Source of the DNA: Oikopleura dioica
Taxonomy: Eukaryota > Animalia > Chordata
Length of the DNA stretch: 64,000 bases
NCBI GenBank assembly: GCA_907165135.1
Contig: OU015568.1
Location: 9,858,001-9,922,000 of the forward strand
Direction of reading: 5' to 3'
The first letter of the stretch is position 1. The number at the start of each line of letters is the position of its first letter. The position numbers and the translations under genes were made by a program. Below the pieces are notes generated by a model. It was not told the origin of the DNA. It saw nothing but the letters and a program-made list of their open reading frames with translations, and did not search any database. Of the stretch, positions 38,229 to 51,470 are shown piece by piece.

Positions 38229-39696
38229 TTAGCAATATCCGTTCGGGCGGACACGTCCATCTGGACAGCACTGGCGATCCAACTGGCGAGAGGGATCCCA
38301 GGGCTGGCTTCCGCAGCACTCTTTCCCTCCCTGCTTTGGTCGCATGTCTGGAAACTCATCGCCGCAGCATGTTTCAGGCTGAACAGTTACTTAATCCCTG
38401 TCAACTTAAAAACGTGTCTCTACCTTTGTGTATCTTCCAAGACCCTTCTTTCTGCAGTTGTCAGCGTACTTCCACTCGCCATTGTTTCTTCCTGTGTGGT
38501 AAGTAACATCCCACTCGTCTTCGTACTATGTTTCCGTATACAAAACTGACAGATAACGATAACAACTTACCCTTGACAAATCTTCGGCCATTCGTTTGTC
38601 GCACTCGCAAATGTGCCGTGCGCACGATCCGGGTTTGTTTCGGCATTGGATGGTCTAAGAAAATCGTTGCATAAATTATATTTACAATTCCAGGTACCTT
38701 TTCGCCAGTTTCTTCATCTTCGAGAAGCTTGAATCTGTACTTTGTGTACTCTCCAATACATTCTTCACTGGTTCCTTCAAGCTTTCCGTTTCCAAGTTTG
38801 GCACATGAGTAGCACTGGTTGAATTGTTTGCATGTTCTGAAATCAATGTTATTAATCAAGGGACTCGTGAATATTTAAAATGATTTAGACAATATTTTTC
38901 GGAAGAAATTTTTACCTGTCAATTCTATCGACAGGTTCTCCATATCCGCCGCCACTGAGATCGTGGGCACCTTCTGGCAAGCAGTAGCATCCGTAGTAGC
39001 AGTATTTTCCGAATCCGGGCTCTTTCTGGAGGAAGATTACCATCAGCTTCAGCTGTCTGAATTTTCGTGGTGCGGTCTGGAATGGTGTCACCGGCGCACT
39101 CAATCCCATTCTCTCGTCGGTCGAGCATTTAACGGGCTGGCCCTTAACAGGATCAACACCCGCACTGCAGATTCGAGCATCTTCCGCCTGGATTTCGGCT
39201 TTGTTCATTTGGAAATCTGGATCAGCTTCGTAGCCTGGGTAGATTTGTGAAAGAAGAAGTTCTGCTTTGAGATCGTAGTCCGACCAGGCTTGATCAATCA
39301 AGTAACCCTTTGGTTTCTTTTGTCGTTTTCCTCGCGCCATGAGAGCTGTAGAGAGGAAATCGTCGGGTTCACTGTCTAGGGTCGCTTCTGCGATCATTTC
39401 CGGGTCGTTTTCAGAGGAAAAACCAACGTTTGTTTCCGAATACCAGGTGCTGTGATTCTGTTCTTCGACTCCATCCCAGAAATTTGCGTGTACTACTGCT
39501 GATGATGCTATTAACGGGGCGAGTAACTAGAAAAATTGATAAAATTGGTCGAAAATCTAAAAAATGCAACTAATATCAATAATTTCTGGATTCTGTTATT
39601 TAAATTCGTTTCAGATTAACACGTTAAAACAAAACAAAACAAATACAGCAAATGCTCTGTTCTATTTTTTAAGTCTCTGAATAAAATTACCTTCAT
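38229..39696 (-). CDS. Secreted phospholipase A2-like protein with substituted catalytic dyad and Cys-rich CCG tail
   Basis: Signal peptide MK|LLAPLIASSAVVHA. YCYYGCYCLPEG...GYGEPVDRID|RTCKQFNQCYSC. CARHICECDKRMAE. C-terminal CCGDEFP...CCGSQPW...CCPDG. Confidence 0.85.
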
Positions 39697-40308
39697 CGTA
39701 ACTTCGCTCTGTTTTTTCCTGCTCTTCTCGATTTAGTCGCAGTTGGCGTTATGACGATTAACTTTACGCCGAGGGATGACTTTCAGAGCGCGAACGCGCC
39801 GCACAACGCCGCGCTCCACCACCACCAAGAATAGCTCGCTAGCGCCAAATATTCATTACGATCAAAAGTACTATTTTTGAGAGGGGAAATTCAGACGATA
39901 TTTGTACATGTTTACGTGTTAGCTTGTAAGCGTTTACGAGATCGCAATTGACGAGAGTATGATGTTCTGAATATGTGTCAAAGATATTTTGAATATGACG
40001 CAAAGATCAGCTCAAAATTTGTATCAATTTATATCAACGGATTATTTTTCTTTGAGTCAGGTTGATTTCGTTATTGTTTTTATAACATCGAAGAGGCTCT
40101 TTGTAGAACAGCTCATAGAGCAGCCTTCTGTTATTTATTTTTAAGAACGCATTTTCTACAGCTGAGAATCAATCAAACAATTTTTTTAATTGCAATAAAA
40201 ATATTTTATTAGAACAAGCTTTGTGCCATTCGATTCTAGTGTTTTCAGATGGAAGCATCTCTGGAAATTCATGTCGGGAAATATACAGAATTAAGACTCA
40301 TAAAGTCG

Positions 40309-41513
40309 TTAAAAGTCGAGGAATGAGTCCGTTGCTTCGGCATCGTCTTCGTACTCGGCTTCTTCTGTCAGTAAAAGCTAAAATGATAAGTTTGAAACTG
40401 AATGAATAATGGTCTTCATATACCTGTAACTCGTCTTCAAGACGGTCAATTTGCTCACATACAAGAGCATATTCGTGAGATAGAGTGTTATATTCTTCAA
40501 TTGAAAAACCACGCTTCTTTGAAAGCTTATGGGTTTTCAAAAGTTGCCATCTATTCGTCATCTAAGATATAATTGAAGAGCGCGTGTGAAAAGGCGATTT
40601 CTTACGTCTTCATAGTCAGGTAGTGTCTTTGTCGCCAGATAAAAGGTATAACAGCAAATCGCTCCACCATAAGTGACGAAAAACGTTACGGGTTCGATCA
40701 CGTCCCAAGAATACTCCCACCAAGTCAATCTGGCCATGATTCCCCAGAGAACGCTCATTCCAATCATTGCTCCGGTGTGCATTCTGCTCGAGAATATAAT
40801 CGCATCCTCGTCGATTTTTTGCTTGACGAGTTGGCACTTCTTCAACTTTTCCATGATTTCTAATGTTAAAATTAGCATCTACTTGTTTTAGATGAAATAT
40901 CTTTCATTACCATCTCGTTTGGCAGTAAGCTTCTTATGGTGTTGGAACTGGAATTCGGCGATTCCGAGCGATGAGTGAAGCGAGTGGACAAGTTGCTTGA
41001 TAGCTGCCATCTAAGCTCATCATTATGAGGAGTTGTTCGAGGGAAGACTTACCTCGTTGTCTTCATTGACAAGTAGCAACCGGGCGATTTGATCATCTGG
41101 GAGCTGAATTTGATGACGGATGTCGTTGATTCGAAGCTGGAAGTCGCCCATCGTCAGGAGCTGGCTGATAGTCGTTGCGGAGGCTAGACGAATCTCGCCC
41201 TAATATATTTAATTAGAAAAGAAGGAATGACGAAAATGACGAACCTGAGCATAAATAGCAGCGTGATCTACGCCACGATCTTCTTCCTTGATTTGCTCAA
41301 GAAGGTCTCCAATGGTTCCCGTCACAGGGCGACAGGTGAAGCTTACCGGCTCGTTTCGAGATGGCAAGCTTACTAAATACAGGTTTTACGACTGAAGAAA
41401 GACTGGTTTCTACCTGTGATTACTGGAAGACCGTGGCGAAAATTTAATTCAGCTAAATTTCTTCCCGACTTTTGCAAAAAATTGATTCTTCTTGCCAAAA
41501 TTGACGGCCTCAT
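40309..41513 (-). CDS. MCU: Mitochondrial calcium uniporter
   Basis: GLPVIT|VSLPSRNE, QIKEEDRGVD, WGIMARLTWWEYSWDVIEPVTFFVTYG, C-terminal FSIEEYNTL coiled coil. Confidence 0.92.
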
Positions 41514-42410
41514 TTTCTTTTAGTTTCCTCTATGTTTTCTTGGCGAATTCCTTTCTTTTGTGATTTTTTGTGCGCTTGTGTTGGGGTAGGATGACTAAAA
41601 ACGATTGTAAAGAAGAAGAACTACGGGAGTTTCTTTTTTGTCTTCACTTTGAGAGCGGGGGCGAAATGTGCTAAATTATCAATGAGTTCAATATTGAAAA
41701 AAGTTTATTCGCGCTGTTTCAACAATTTTAACAACAATTATCAAGTGTAATAAAAAAAACTTGACTCAAGTAATCAAATGATTCACTAGGCAGGTCTTTC
41801 AAATAATAAGAGCGGCTTAATAAGTACCTGTGTATTAAAAGATAAAGAAAAAAAGGCAATTTCGGGATCAGTTCTCGCTGGAATGGATAAAAGCTTTTAG
41901 GTGAATGAAAGAGCTCTTGTCTGAAAATACACACGCGCTGGTAATTAAGTAAATATGCGGACAAGATGAAGCTTTATGTTTCTGCAAACGGACCGTTGAA
42001 CGAAGTAACGACTAACTTTCTTTTACTATTGGTATTCTCTTCTTTCATAAATCGTAAATAAATCTGTATTAAAAACTCTGATCTAGAATTACCTTAACTA
42101 TCGTGTTAATATCCTCTTAAACTAGCTGGTCTCTATACAAGCCTTAAAAATAAGTGATAAGGTAAGTGTCAAGCTGCAAGGCGAGTAGCTGTGGCTGGAA
42201 CAAAGATGTGAAAATATAATTGGATCGATCGATGATCTCTATCAAGTTTTTGACGTTCGAAGCTTGCCTCGAGGAATAACTGTAATTCCCGGCGAGTTGA
42301 TTGATTTGCTCGAGCTTAAATTGCTACAGAAATGCTGATTATTCGAAAAAAGGGGGCTTTAGTCCAGTAAAAATGCAATCAAGGAAGACCCTTAAAAACG
42401 TAATTTTACG

Positions 42411-44811
42411 TCATTCATTTTTATTACAGTCATTTGCAGCTCCTAACTGTCTTTTTCTGGCTTTCTTGACCTCATCTAACGGCAATAACAGGTTCGGATA
42501 TCTCTCCCAAAATGAGTCTTTTATGATGTCGACGTGCAGCACTAGAACTTGACGCTTCTGCAAGTGCTTCTTTTCTTCGCTCGTATGGGCTTCCCAAGAG
42601 TCTATTTCTCCTTCATCCTCCTGATAATGTTTGAAACATCTCATCAAAGGATTAATCAATCAATATCCCGAGCAAGCCTCTTTACGAGTCGCTACGAGTT
42701 TTCATGTTTCAAACGGTCCTTTCTATTTTCAGCTCCAATAAGAACCGATCCCTTTTTGAATATTTCCTTCTCGTCATTATAATTGATCCCTAATTGGAAC
42801 AGGATCTCATTCTTTTCCTTTTTCACAGGTCAATAAACATTGGCATTGTTGCAGCCCGAGTTTACTCGGACCATCAGCTACGCGCTTTACGACTATAACA
42901 CGCTCTCATGGAGTAAAAAGTCAGACATTCAACAGCTCTTCCTTTTTTGTCCAACGATTTTAGAGACCTGATCCCTTTGAGAGAGTTTTTGAGAGGCGCT
43001 TTTCAGACTCGCTCGGCGTCAAACCTGTTCACAAGTTCTTCAAAGGGAATTCTTTAATAGAGAAAATAGAAAACTCGAGAAAAATATAATCCTCAGAAAG
43101 GTCAATTTTTAGAGCAACCGGCCCGAAACGATGGGCAATTTTATGAAGAATAGATAGAGGAACTTTCCTTGTTTCTGGATCAGCGCATGGAAGGTGGTGT
43201 TGTAAAGGTTGTTGATGTGACAATCGACCTGTCTCCACGCGAGATAATCTCTAAATACAAAATGGATTCACACCCTACTGCGTTCCTGGGGGAGGTCATT
43301 TTCAACGCCCCAGCGTTTATTCCCCCAAAAGAGAGAGTAAATTTCAACCCAGCGGCGAAGCAGAATCGTAATTATCAATTCATTACCTTAGTATTTTCTC
43401 AGTCGGGTAGAGGACCAGTCGCCCATCAAAGACAGCTGGGTACAGTAGCGCTTTCCAGGGGACAGCATTTAGCTACACAGATATACGCTTTCTGTTAATT
43501 GAATAAGGTTGTCCCAACCTGTGTTGGGGAAGAAGTGCGCCCAGTAGAACTGATAGACAGCGGTGAACTTGGAGACGGCTAATGAAACGAGTTTTTGTCG
43601 ACGACGGCCGTGAACTGACGTGTCCGGCCGGAGCACGAAACTTTTTAGTTGGCTTTTTTCTACCATTAATTAACGCGCCATTATGAGCGTCTTGATTAAG
43701 CCCTGCCTGTACTCGTCAGATTGCCCATACGCGATCGTACAGTCGGGCAAGATTTGCATAACTCCCAAGGCAGCTCGATTAGCCAATCTTTAATTGGGGA
43801 TACGCAAACGAGAAAATAGCGTCTTTTACTTCAGAGAAATAGTTGTTTATTCCCGTATTCTGAGGGCTCGCTCGTCATTTGGTTTCGTAAAATGATGCTT
43901 TTCGGAGAAACGATGGAAGTTGGAGCCATCGATACGTAGTACTATAAAACATCCAATAAAGCTGTGTAATTTGCGATAATACTTTTTGAGAGTAGTTTAT
44001 ACGCACAAGTACACAATTTACGCGCAGGAGGTTAATTTATAATTTTACAATGGTTTTTATTAATTTTTAATCTATTCAGTAATTGATACGTGAAAATCAC
44101 TTCTGCGGAGCAAAATTCTAACCCCCATATTTCTTGTGCTCATTAGATAGAGCAACTCCTAAGGAGTCGAATGGTATAGTTTTAAGGGTCTGAGTCATCA
44201 TCTATGACGTCATAAGGCCCCCCTTTGAAAAATGGGCATGTCCCCCTGTATCTCCGAAAATTTTCAGAAATATATGGAGATTTTGGCATCGTTAGAAAGC
44301 CCAGCTCAAACTGGCTATGAGCACAAGGTGTGCAAGAAAAAATTTCGACGAAAAAAAAATTTTTTGGGACAAAAACTTTTCTCAAAAAAATTTTTTTCGG
44401 AATTTTTAATTGCGCAACTAGTGCTCATAATCAGTTTGAGCTGAGCTTTCCAACGATACCAAAATCTCTTTATATTTCTGAGAATTTTCGGAGATACAGG
44501 GGGACATGACCTGACATTTTCAGGTACTTTAAGCACTAGAATTAGAGATATTTCGTTGCTTGGACACATAAAAATTATACCAATCGACTCCTCAGAACCT
44601 GCGCTACAAGATCAGCACAAAAAATATTGGGGTCCCGATTTTGCTCCGCAGAAGTCATTTTCATCTATCAATTGATTAGTTAGCTTAGCTAAGAAAACCT
44701 GAGTCTAGGTCCTAAATATCATCTCTATTACTGCTTACCAATGTAGCATTGCTTCAGAACTTGGTCATTTTCTTCAAAATCGCGGACGTATTCGAACCTG
44801 GACTTGGCCAT
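42411..44811 (-). CDS. THG1L: tRNA(His) guanylyltransferase
   Basis: [13 protein letters not shown]...CYI|[89 protein letters not shown]. Confidence 0.95.
44081..44673. mobile_element. ~590-bp foldback (long imperfect palindrome) element in THG1L intron 1
   Basis: Arms pair throughout, e.g. GAAAATCACTTCTGCGGAGCAAAAT with ATTTTGCTCCGCAGAAGTCATTTTC, and CATGTCCCCCTGTATCTCCGAAAATT with AATTTTCGGAGATACAGGGGGACATG. A/T-tract centre. Confidence 0.85.
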
Positions 44812-47781
44812 GATTTTTCTTTCACGCTTTTTTCTTTTGTTTCTTCGTTTCGCGCTTTTTTCGCGCCTCGGGCGGCTGAAGGGTTTATTTCTTTATCTCT
44901 GTGATCTTTGATCTAACGATATAAATATTTTATAATTTGGGCTTGAATGGAGAGGAGGGAGTGAAACAAGTAAAAAAGTAAAAAATTGATTGGCCAAGCG
45001 GCGCAGAGCGTTGACCAGCGGCGCGCCCAATCCACAGAGAAAAATTGAAAAAAGACCGAAACTGAAACTCAGTGAACATGAACTGAAAATGCTGATTTTT
45101 ATTAATTCTCAACAGCTTTGATAGAGATAAAAAGAAGCCTTCGCGAACAGAAAGAAAATAAGAAAAAATACTTATCAATTATTATTGATTATTTTATCAA
45201 TTCTAACAATTGATAATGCTTCATTCCATCTATTTATATGAAAAATTGGATTTAATTTTTTAAGGAATAGTGATAGCCTTGTATTTTCAAGCTTAAAAAA
45301 CGCTATCTGGGGCTGGAGAAATGTGTAGAAAACCTGAGTCAGCCTGGGTCCTGAAAGTTCTTTTAGCCTTTCCCAGCCAAATAAGTAGTCAAATTTACAG
45401 AGTATCCCCCTGAAAAAACGCGTAACTGAAACACTTTTACTTGTGTTCAGCACTATCTTCGGTCAATTCGATTGTTCGAATTTCACGAAGCATGGCTAGG
45501 CAAATATTGAGCTCGTTCTAAAAAGATGAGCCAAATCCAGCTATTGACAGCTCTGACAATTTCGCAAAGCACTTCAGAGATTCCAGCTCAAATATCAAGC
45601 CATTTACAAATACTGTTCATTTTAATCTCGACAAGAAAAGAGAGTCTGGAAGACTTCTTTCATCGAGTCCGATTTCTACAGAATTAAGATCGATTCAGGA
45701 ACATTTATACTTGTTTGCCCAAGCACTTGAATTGGGCACACAAATTCCTCTGTAGTTTAAGTAGCCTTATCTTTAACCATTCCCTTAATTTGACGTTTTC
45801 TTGGTCCGTTATTTCTGGCGACTTCCATTATTTTTAAATACAAAATACAGATTCTTTTCTGGCTTGGAGTAAAGAGTATTTTTCGTATTTGAAAAGGTGG
45901 TCCTATTAAACTTCTGAAAATGAGCGATAAAAGCCCTCAATTTGCGCGTGTGGTCATTTTGATTGCTGATTGCTGCAGAGAGCGACAAGGAGCCGCCTAA
46001 GGCTCGTGCGCTTCTTGCCCCGGGCGCGCGCGCTCTCGCTCGTTGCAAGAAAAGCGTCAGTATTATTCCGCCAGTCCCAAGTGGCCCCTGACCCGCGGCA
46101 TTTGAGCACGACGTCATTTCACCTTCATTTGTAAATAGTCATTCAACGCACTAAAAAATCAACGAATTTCCAAAAAGAAGCTGTCATTTTTTCCTTCACT
46201 CGTTTTTCCATATCAAAAACTAATTATTCTTGCAGAGAAATATTCACACTAAAGAGATTCTACTAAAGAAGTCCTGAATAAAGAATCTTCCCATCGGTAC
46301 TTTTTATATAGAAAAAACTCATACGCAGACGTATAGTGTTAGTACAGTCTGTATAAAATTAGAGATATCTGTCGATCGGTTAATTTATTTTTAAGATCAT
46401 GAATTTTCCATGTCATCCGATAATGACATTCTTCCCAATTAGAGTAAACTTATCAATATGAGACTCTTAAAAAAAACCCTAAAAAGTCATTTTTGATGGC
46501 GAAAAAGTGCTTTGGCCGATTGGAAAAACATGACTGCATGAAAAAATAATGCGTTCTATAGAACCCAGAATGAATCCAACGGCGAGGGATTAGCTCTCTC
46601 GCCATTCATCTCCTAATGCTCGATAATCTTTTCATCCCTCTGCTTCTGAGAGAGAGAAAATTATTTCAAAGGCGTCTGCGTAAGCACCAGCCGGAGGTCT
46701 TTTCTCCCGAGGCGAGTGAGAATTATTTTTAATGCAGTGCGCGCCGGGCATTTTTCTTTCTTTGCGAACTCCGGGGAGGACTTCAAATTTGAGTTCGAAT
46801 AGTATTCAGTCTGATAACTGGCGAAAAGAGGATGCAATTTGCCTCCGGCTGGTGTCGCTGCACTTGTCGAACGCCGCCAATTAGTGGATGTAAATTTCAT
46901 TATTCAGAGTTTATTTCTGCCTAAAGCTGGCCTCCTCGAGCGGTTTTTCTCCCTTCTTTTCATTCCCGAAATTGATTTCATTTTCCTTTTTTACAAAAGA
47001 GAAAATATAGATATAGGAAGAAGAAACGATAAACTGGGGCTCTTGAATAATTACAGACTTGGGATACAGAATCAAACGGGCTCAAATCGATTTCGCGTGT
47101 ATCAAATCTAAAAAGGTGCAATCAAGGAGGAGCATTGATTTTGGCGACTTGGGAAATTTTCATTTCAGATTCTAGGAAAATATATAACCCTAGATATCAT
47201 GTTAAGATATGTTGTAAGATACTGTTCAAATTTGACCAGCTGGAAGATGATGCCCCGTTGATGTTTGAGTACACGCGCTCTGGCCCAGAGCCTCTGGGTC
47301 ACTTTTACTGCGCTAGAGCAAATACTCGAACCGCCGGAAGATGGTAAAACGGTTGAAATTTGAAGAAAAAAGGATAATTGTTGGGCAAACGTAGCTAACC
47401 CTTTATCGAACGCCCGTGGGACTGACCAAATAACGCCCCGTAGATTAGAGCAAAATAGAACAGTTTATATAAGACTTTCATTAAAAGGGGGGTTATCTTT
47501 ATCTTTGTTTTTAAATTATGAAAATCGATACAAGCGCTTGGAGCTTATCTTAGCACTTGTCCACTTGAGACAAGGTCCATTGTGCATCGATTCCACCCTT
47601 TGTGTCCATCAGAATGACCGTCTTTGTCACTCAGCTCGTCATTTTTTATTCTAGTGAGAAGAACTTTTCGAGAAAGAAAAAATAACAGCGCTCTCTAGAT
47701 AAATTCTTTCCTGGAAATCTTCGCGCTTTTACCGTTTCGAACCGTCGGTTAAAAAAAATTCTGTTCAGAAATTGATTCGAA

Positions 47782-49948
47782 ATGGGTGATCCACGACCAG
47801 ACATTCCGATCCCGCAAGGGCTCCAGCAGCTGATGCAAGATTTTGTCGTCACAGTCCTACGAGAACAGCCCGATGATGTCGTCGGCATGGCTGCTGAGTA
47901 CTTCACAAAGCTCAAGGTTCGTTTTCATCAATAATTTTCTGTGTTATTCTTCTTGGCCAGCATTCTATTTAAATCGGTGTATTTTTGTATATATTATTCA
48001 TGACGATCCCGAATCGGCTGATGGATTTCGGAGCTAGACTGAGTGTAGCACACACGTCGGCTCTATGTAGAATCCAGCGAGAATTAGATACTTATAATAA
48101 GCCGAGCGGCGAAAGTAGCCGAGCGTTTGGAAGTAAATACTTATTACAGAGGCTTTTAGGAAAGTAGAGAAGAAATGAGCTCCGGATCGAAGGTTAATTT
48201 CGAGCAGCCAGAGGACGAAGACGACGAAGACGTAAGTTCGGCCCCTTATTACCATTATATGAACGATATTAGCCAGAAAATCAAAGAATAACCATCGTAT
48301 TCGTCTATTTTTGAAAGATTCATACAAAGACGGATTATAGAAGTGCTTAGTTCTGATGCCCACAATTAATTGATAAGCGCTAAAGGCGGTTCTTTGAGGG
48401 GATGTTATCTCAATCTAGGATCATCTCGGCGTTTCATGGTTGAGCGCTCTGTTTTATGATCTTAGAATCACGAGGGAGCTATATTTATCCATTTTTATTC
48501 CGTTTTTAGATGCCAGAAGACGAAGAATTCCTCAGAAGAATGAGAGAGAAGCAAAAGTACGGCCGAAGAAAGTCAGTTTCTGCCGAAGGGTGAGTGTTTA
48601 AAACTACTTTAATTGTAGATATTAGTAAATTACTTCGCACAAGCTTACGTAGAGTTCTGGTGCTACCCGCTTATATAAACTGTAATCGGCTGTTTTAGTT
48701 ATGATCCAGATAAAGATGACGAGGACGATGATGCCGAAGAAAGAATAGTTAATCCCAAATCCGATGAACAGCGAAACCGACTCATCGCCGCCTGCCAAAA
48801 AGTCCTCCTCTTCAACAGGTAAGACGCGATGATGGACTCCTCAAGCTAAAGTCAAATTTAAGACTGGATAAAGACCAATTCAACCAAGTTCTCGATGCCA
48901 TGTTCGAACATGTCTGCCAGCCAGGCGAAAACGTCATCAACGAAGGCGATGATGGAGACAACTTCTATGTTATTGAATCTGGAAATTATGACGTTTACAA
49001 GGTTGAGAAAGAGGTTTTTTTTCTTCTGTTGACAATAGTTTTAGTTGATCAACGGCGACAATTTGAAAGTCGCTTCTTACGACAACCAGGGCTCCTTTGG
49101 TGAGCTTGCTTTAATGTACAATGCCCCTCGTGCTGCCACAGTGTCCTCTGTTGACGGAGGAACCCTTTGGGCCCTTGACAGACAGGTACAAGACCTTTTC
49201 AAGAACTATTCTAACGAAATATTTCAGACTTATGTTAGAATTATTGTACGTGCCAACGCCAAAAAGAGAAGACTATATGAACAATTCCTTTCTCAAGTCC
49301 ATATTTTACAAGTAAGAAAGGCCGTCCGAAAAGCTCCGTCTTAATTACTTCTTTTTCTCGCTAGACGCTGGAAGAATTCGAACGACAGAAGGTCGCAGAC
49401 GCCATGGAGCCAAAAGACTTCGAAGATGGCGAGATCATCATTCAGCAGGTGCTGCTAAACGATTGTAAATCATTTCTGATAATTACGCGACTATTTTAGG
49501 GCGACACTAAGCTCGACTATTTTTACTTTGTGATGGAGGGCGAGGTCAAATATGTTCTTACAGACGATGATGGCGTCGAGAAAGAAATCAAGGTAAGAAA
49601 TTTCCAAAAAGAATGAGCTGATGGAACCTAAAATCTTCAGCGAGACTCAACTGGTGGTTACTTCGGCGAACTGGCGCTGATCCAGGACAAACCAAGAGCT
49701 GTCACGGTCGCAGCTGTCGGCGCTACCAAATGGTGAGTCAAAGAAATTTATTTATAGAGCCCCTGACACCCTTGACATGGATTTTACGTCACTGGATACT
49801 CATAAAATCGCTAAATCAACAATGAAACACTATTTTTTCTAGCGGCTGTCTGGATGTGCAAGCCTTTGAGCGTCTCCTCGGTCCCTGCAAGGAGATTATG
49901 AAGCGAAATGTCGATCTTTATGCCAAAGAACTTGAGCAAGTGTCGTAA
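47782..49948 (+). CDS. PRKAR2: cAMP-dependent protein kinase type II regulatory subunit (may extend to a last exon ending at 50537)
   Basis: D/D domain [23 protein letters not shown], autophosphorylation site [51 protein letters not shown]. Confidence 0.93.
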
Positions 49949-51470
49949 GTCTCTCTGGAATGAATTTTTACACAACTGTGCGCGTTCAATAACGTCTTTT
50001 GCCGTTCCTTTTTATGAAACTGACAAAAAAGTTCCACACAAACACATAAACATCACCCCACACACAAACACTCACTTATCAAACGAATTTACCCAACAAT
50101 TACAGTATTACAGTTATTCACTCATTTTGCCTTCCTGAATCCCGCTCGGCGAGAGTTGTAAATAGTAAAATTTTCAAAGTAAAGACACCCTAACCGCGCG
50201 GGAACATAAATTTTCGTCATTTTATTTTTTGGTCCTTGAATAGATAAAAATACTCAATAGTATTTGCGATTCAGATTCATTAGCAAATCTGAATACATTC
50301 AAGTTCTATGCATAACAAACCTTGTCCAACTACCCCTTTCCTCCGTTTTCCTTGCATGCTTTGAGTTTTTTTGAGGTTCAGCATTGGACAGAAAGATATT
50401 TTTCTTCATATCTCTCTGTCTTGAACCCGCGTGGCGTTTTTTTTCAACAAGAAACTCCCGCTGGATCTATCTATTCTAGCTCCAAGCCACCAGCAGAAGC
50501 TTCCGAAGCTTCTGATGCTCCCGAGACAAGCGACTAACCTAACGGTCTATAATTATTCAAGCACCAGCCAATCGACAAAATAACAAAAAATATACAGCAC
50601 AACAAAAACTACAAAAAACTCTGCTACTTCAAGATTATTATTACTTTTATTATTACTATTACTACTATTGACTTTGTATATCAGCATACTTAACTACTCT
50701 TACAGTAGCCATGCTACTAGTTATTGCTCGTAGCTAATAGCTAGTTTGCAATTCGTTATATTCTAATTCGAGAGTTTATCAATCAGCTCTTATAAAAGAA
50801 AGATTGAGGATAAACTTTCTTGCTCTACAAAACCTCAAAATGAATGAATTTTAGAAAATGAAATTATTTATAAGTTTGCTCTTCATTCCTAGTAAACTTA
50901 ATTTTTAACGAAAAAAATTTACACCTCCGAACCAAATCCACTCTTCAAATACAAATGATGAACTAATCAATTAATCCACAATTGAAAAAAAGAATCAGGA
51001 GTAAATCAACAAAGACCAACCTTCCCGCATGATAGGCACTAAACAAAAATCCTCTGTTCAAAGACTCCCTCTGAGAAATTCGAAAGAAAAAACCCCTAAA
51101 AATTCCAAAGATTCCATAAGTTGTATATTTTGAAACCCTCCATTTTTTCAACCCTCTTACTTTGCAGATTTCTCCCTTTTTACTGCTTTTAGTTCCATTC
51201 TCGCGAATTTGAAACTGCCGAAATAAAAATAATGGCGTTTCAAATAACTCTTCTTTTAACTACTGCGTTACTATTATTATTATGTTTTTTGATGAGAAAA
51301 AAATCGACCATGCCAATTACGGCCAAGTATTCTTACCAAGTCTTCGTTGCCTGAAGAGTCGACGAGTCCCAATTATAAACTGTATTTATTTTTTAAAATA
51401 TACGTTCAAAAATTATGTAAATCGAAAAACAAATGAGTCTCCATTGTCGCCAAAAAAGCCTCACTTCAGA

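Noticed and set aside
46570-46609. Hairpin ATGAAT..GGCGAGGGA-loop-TCTCTCGCC..ATTCAT
   Set aside because: A short isolated stem with no Helitron CTRR end, no second copy and no ncRNA family signature.
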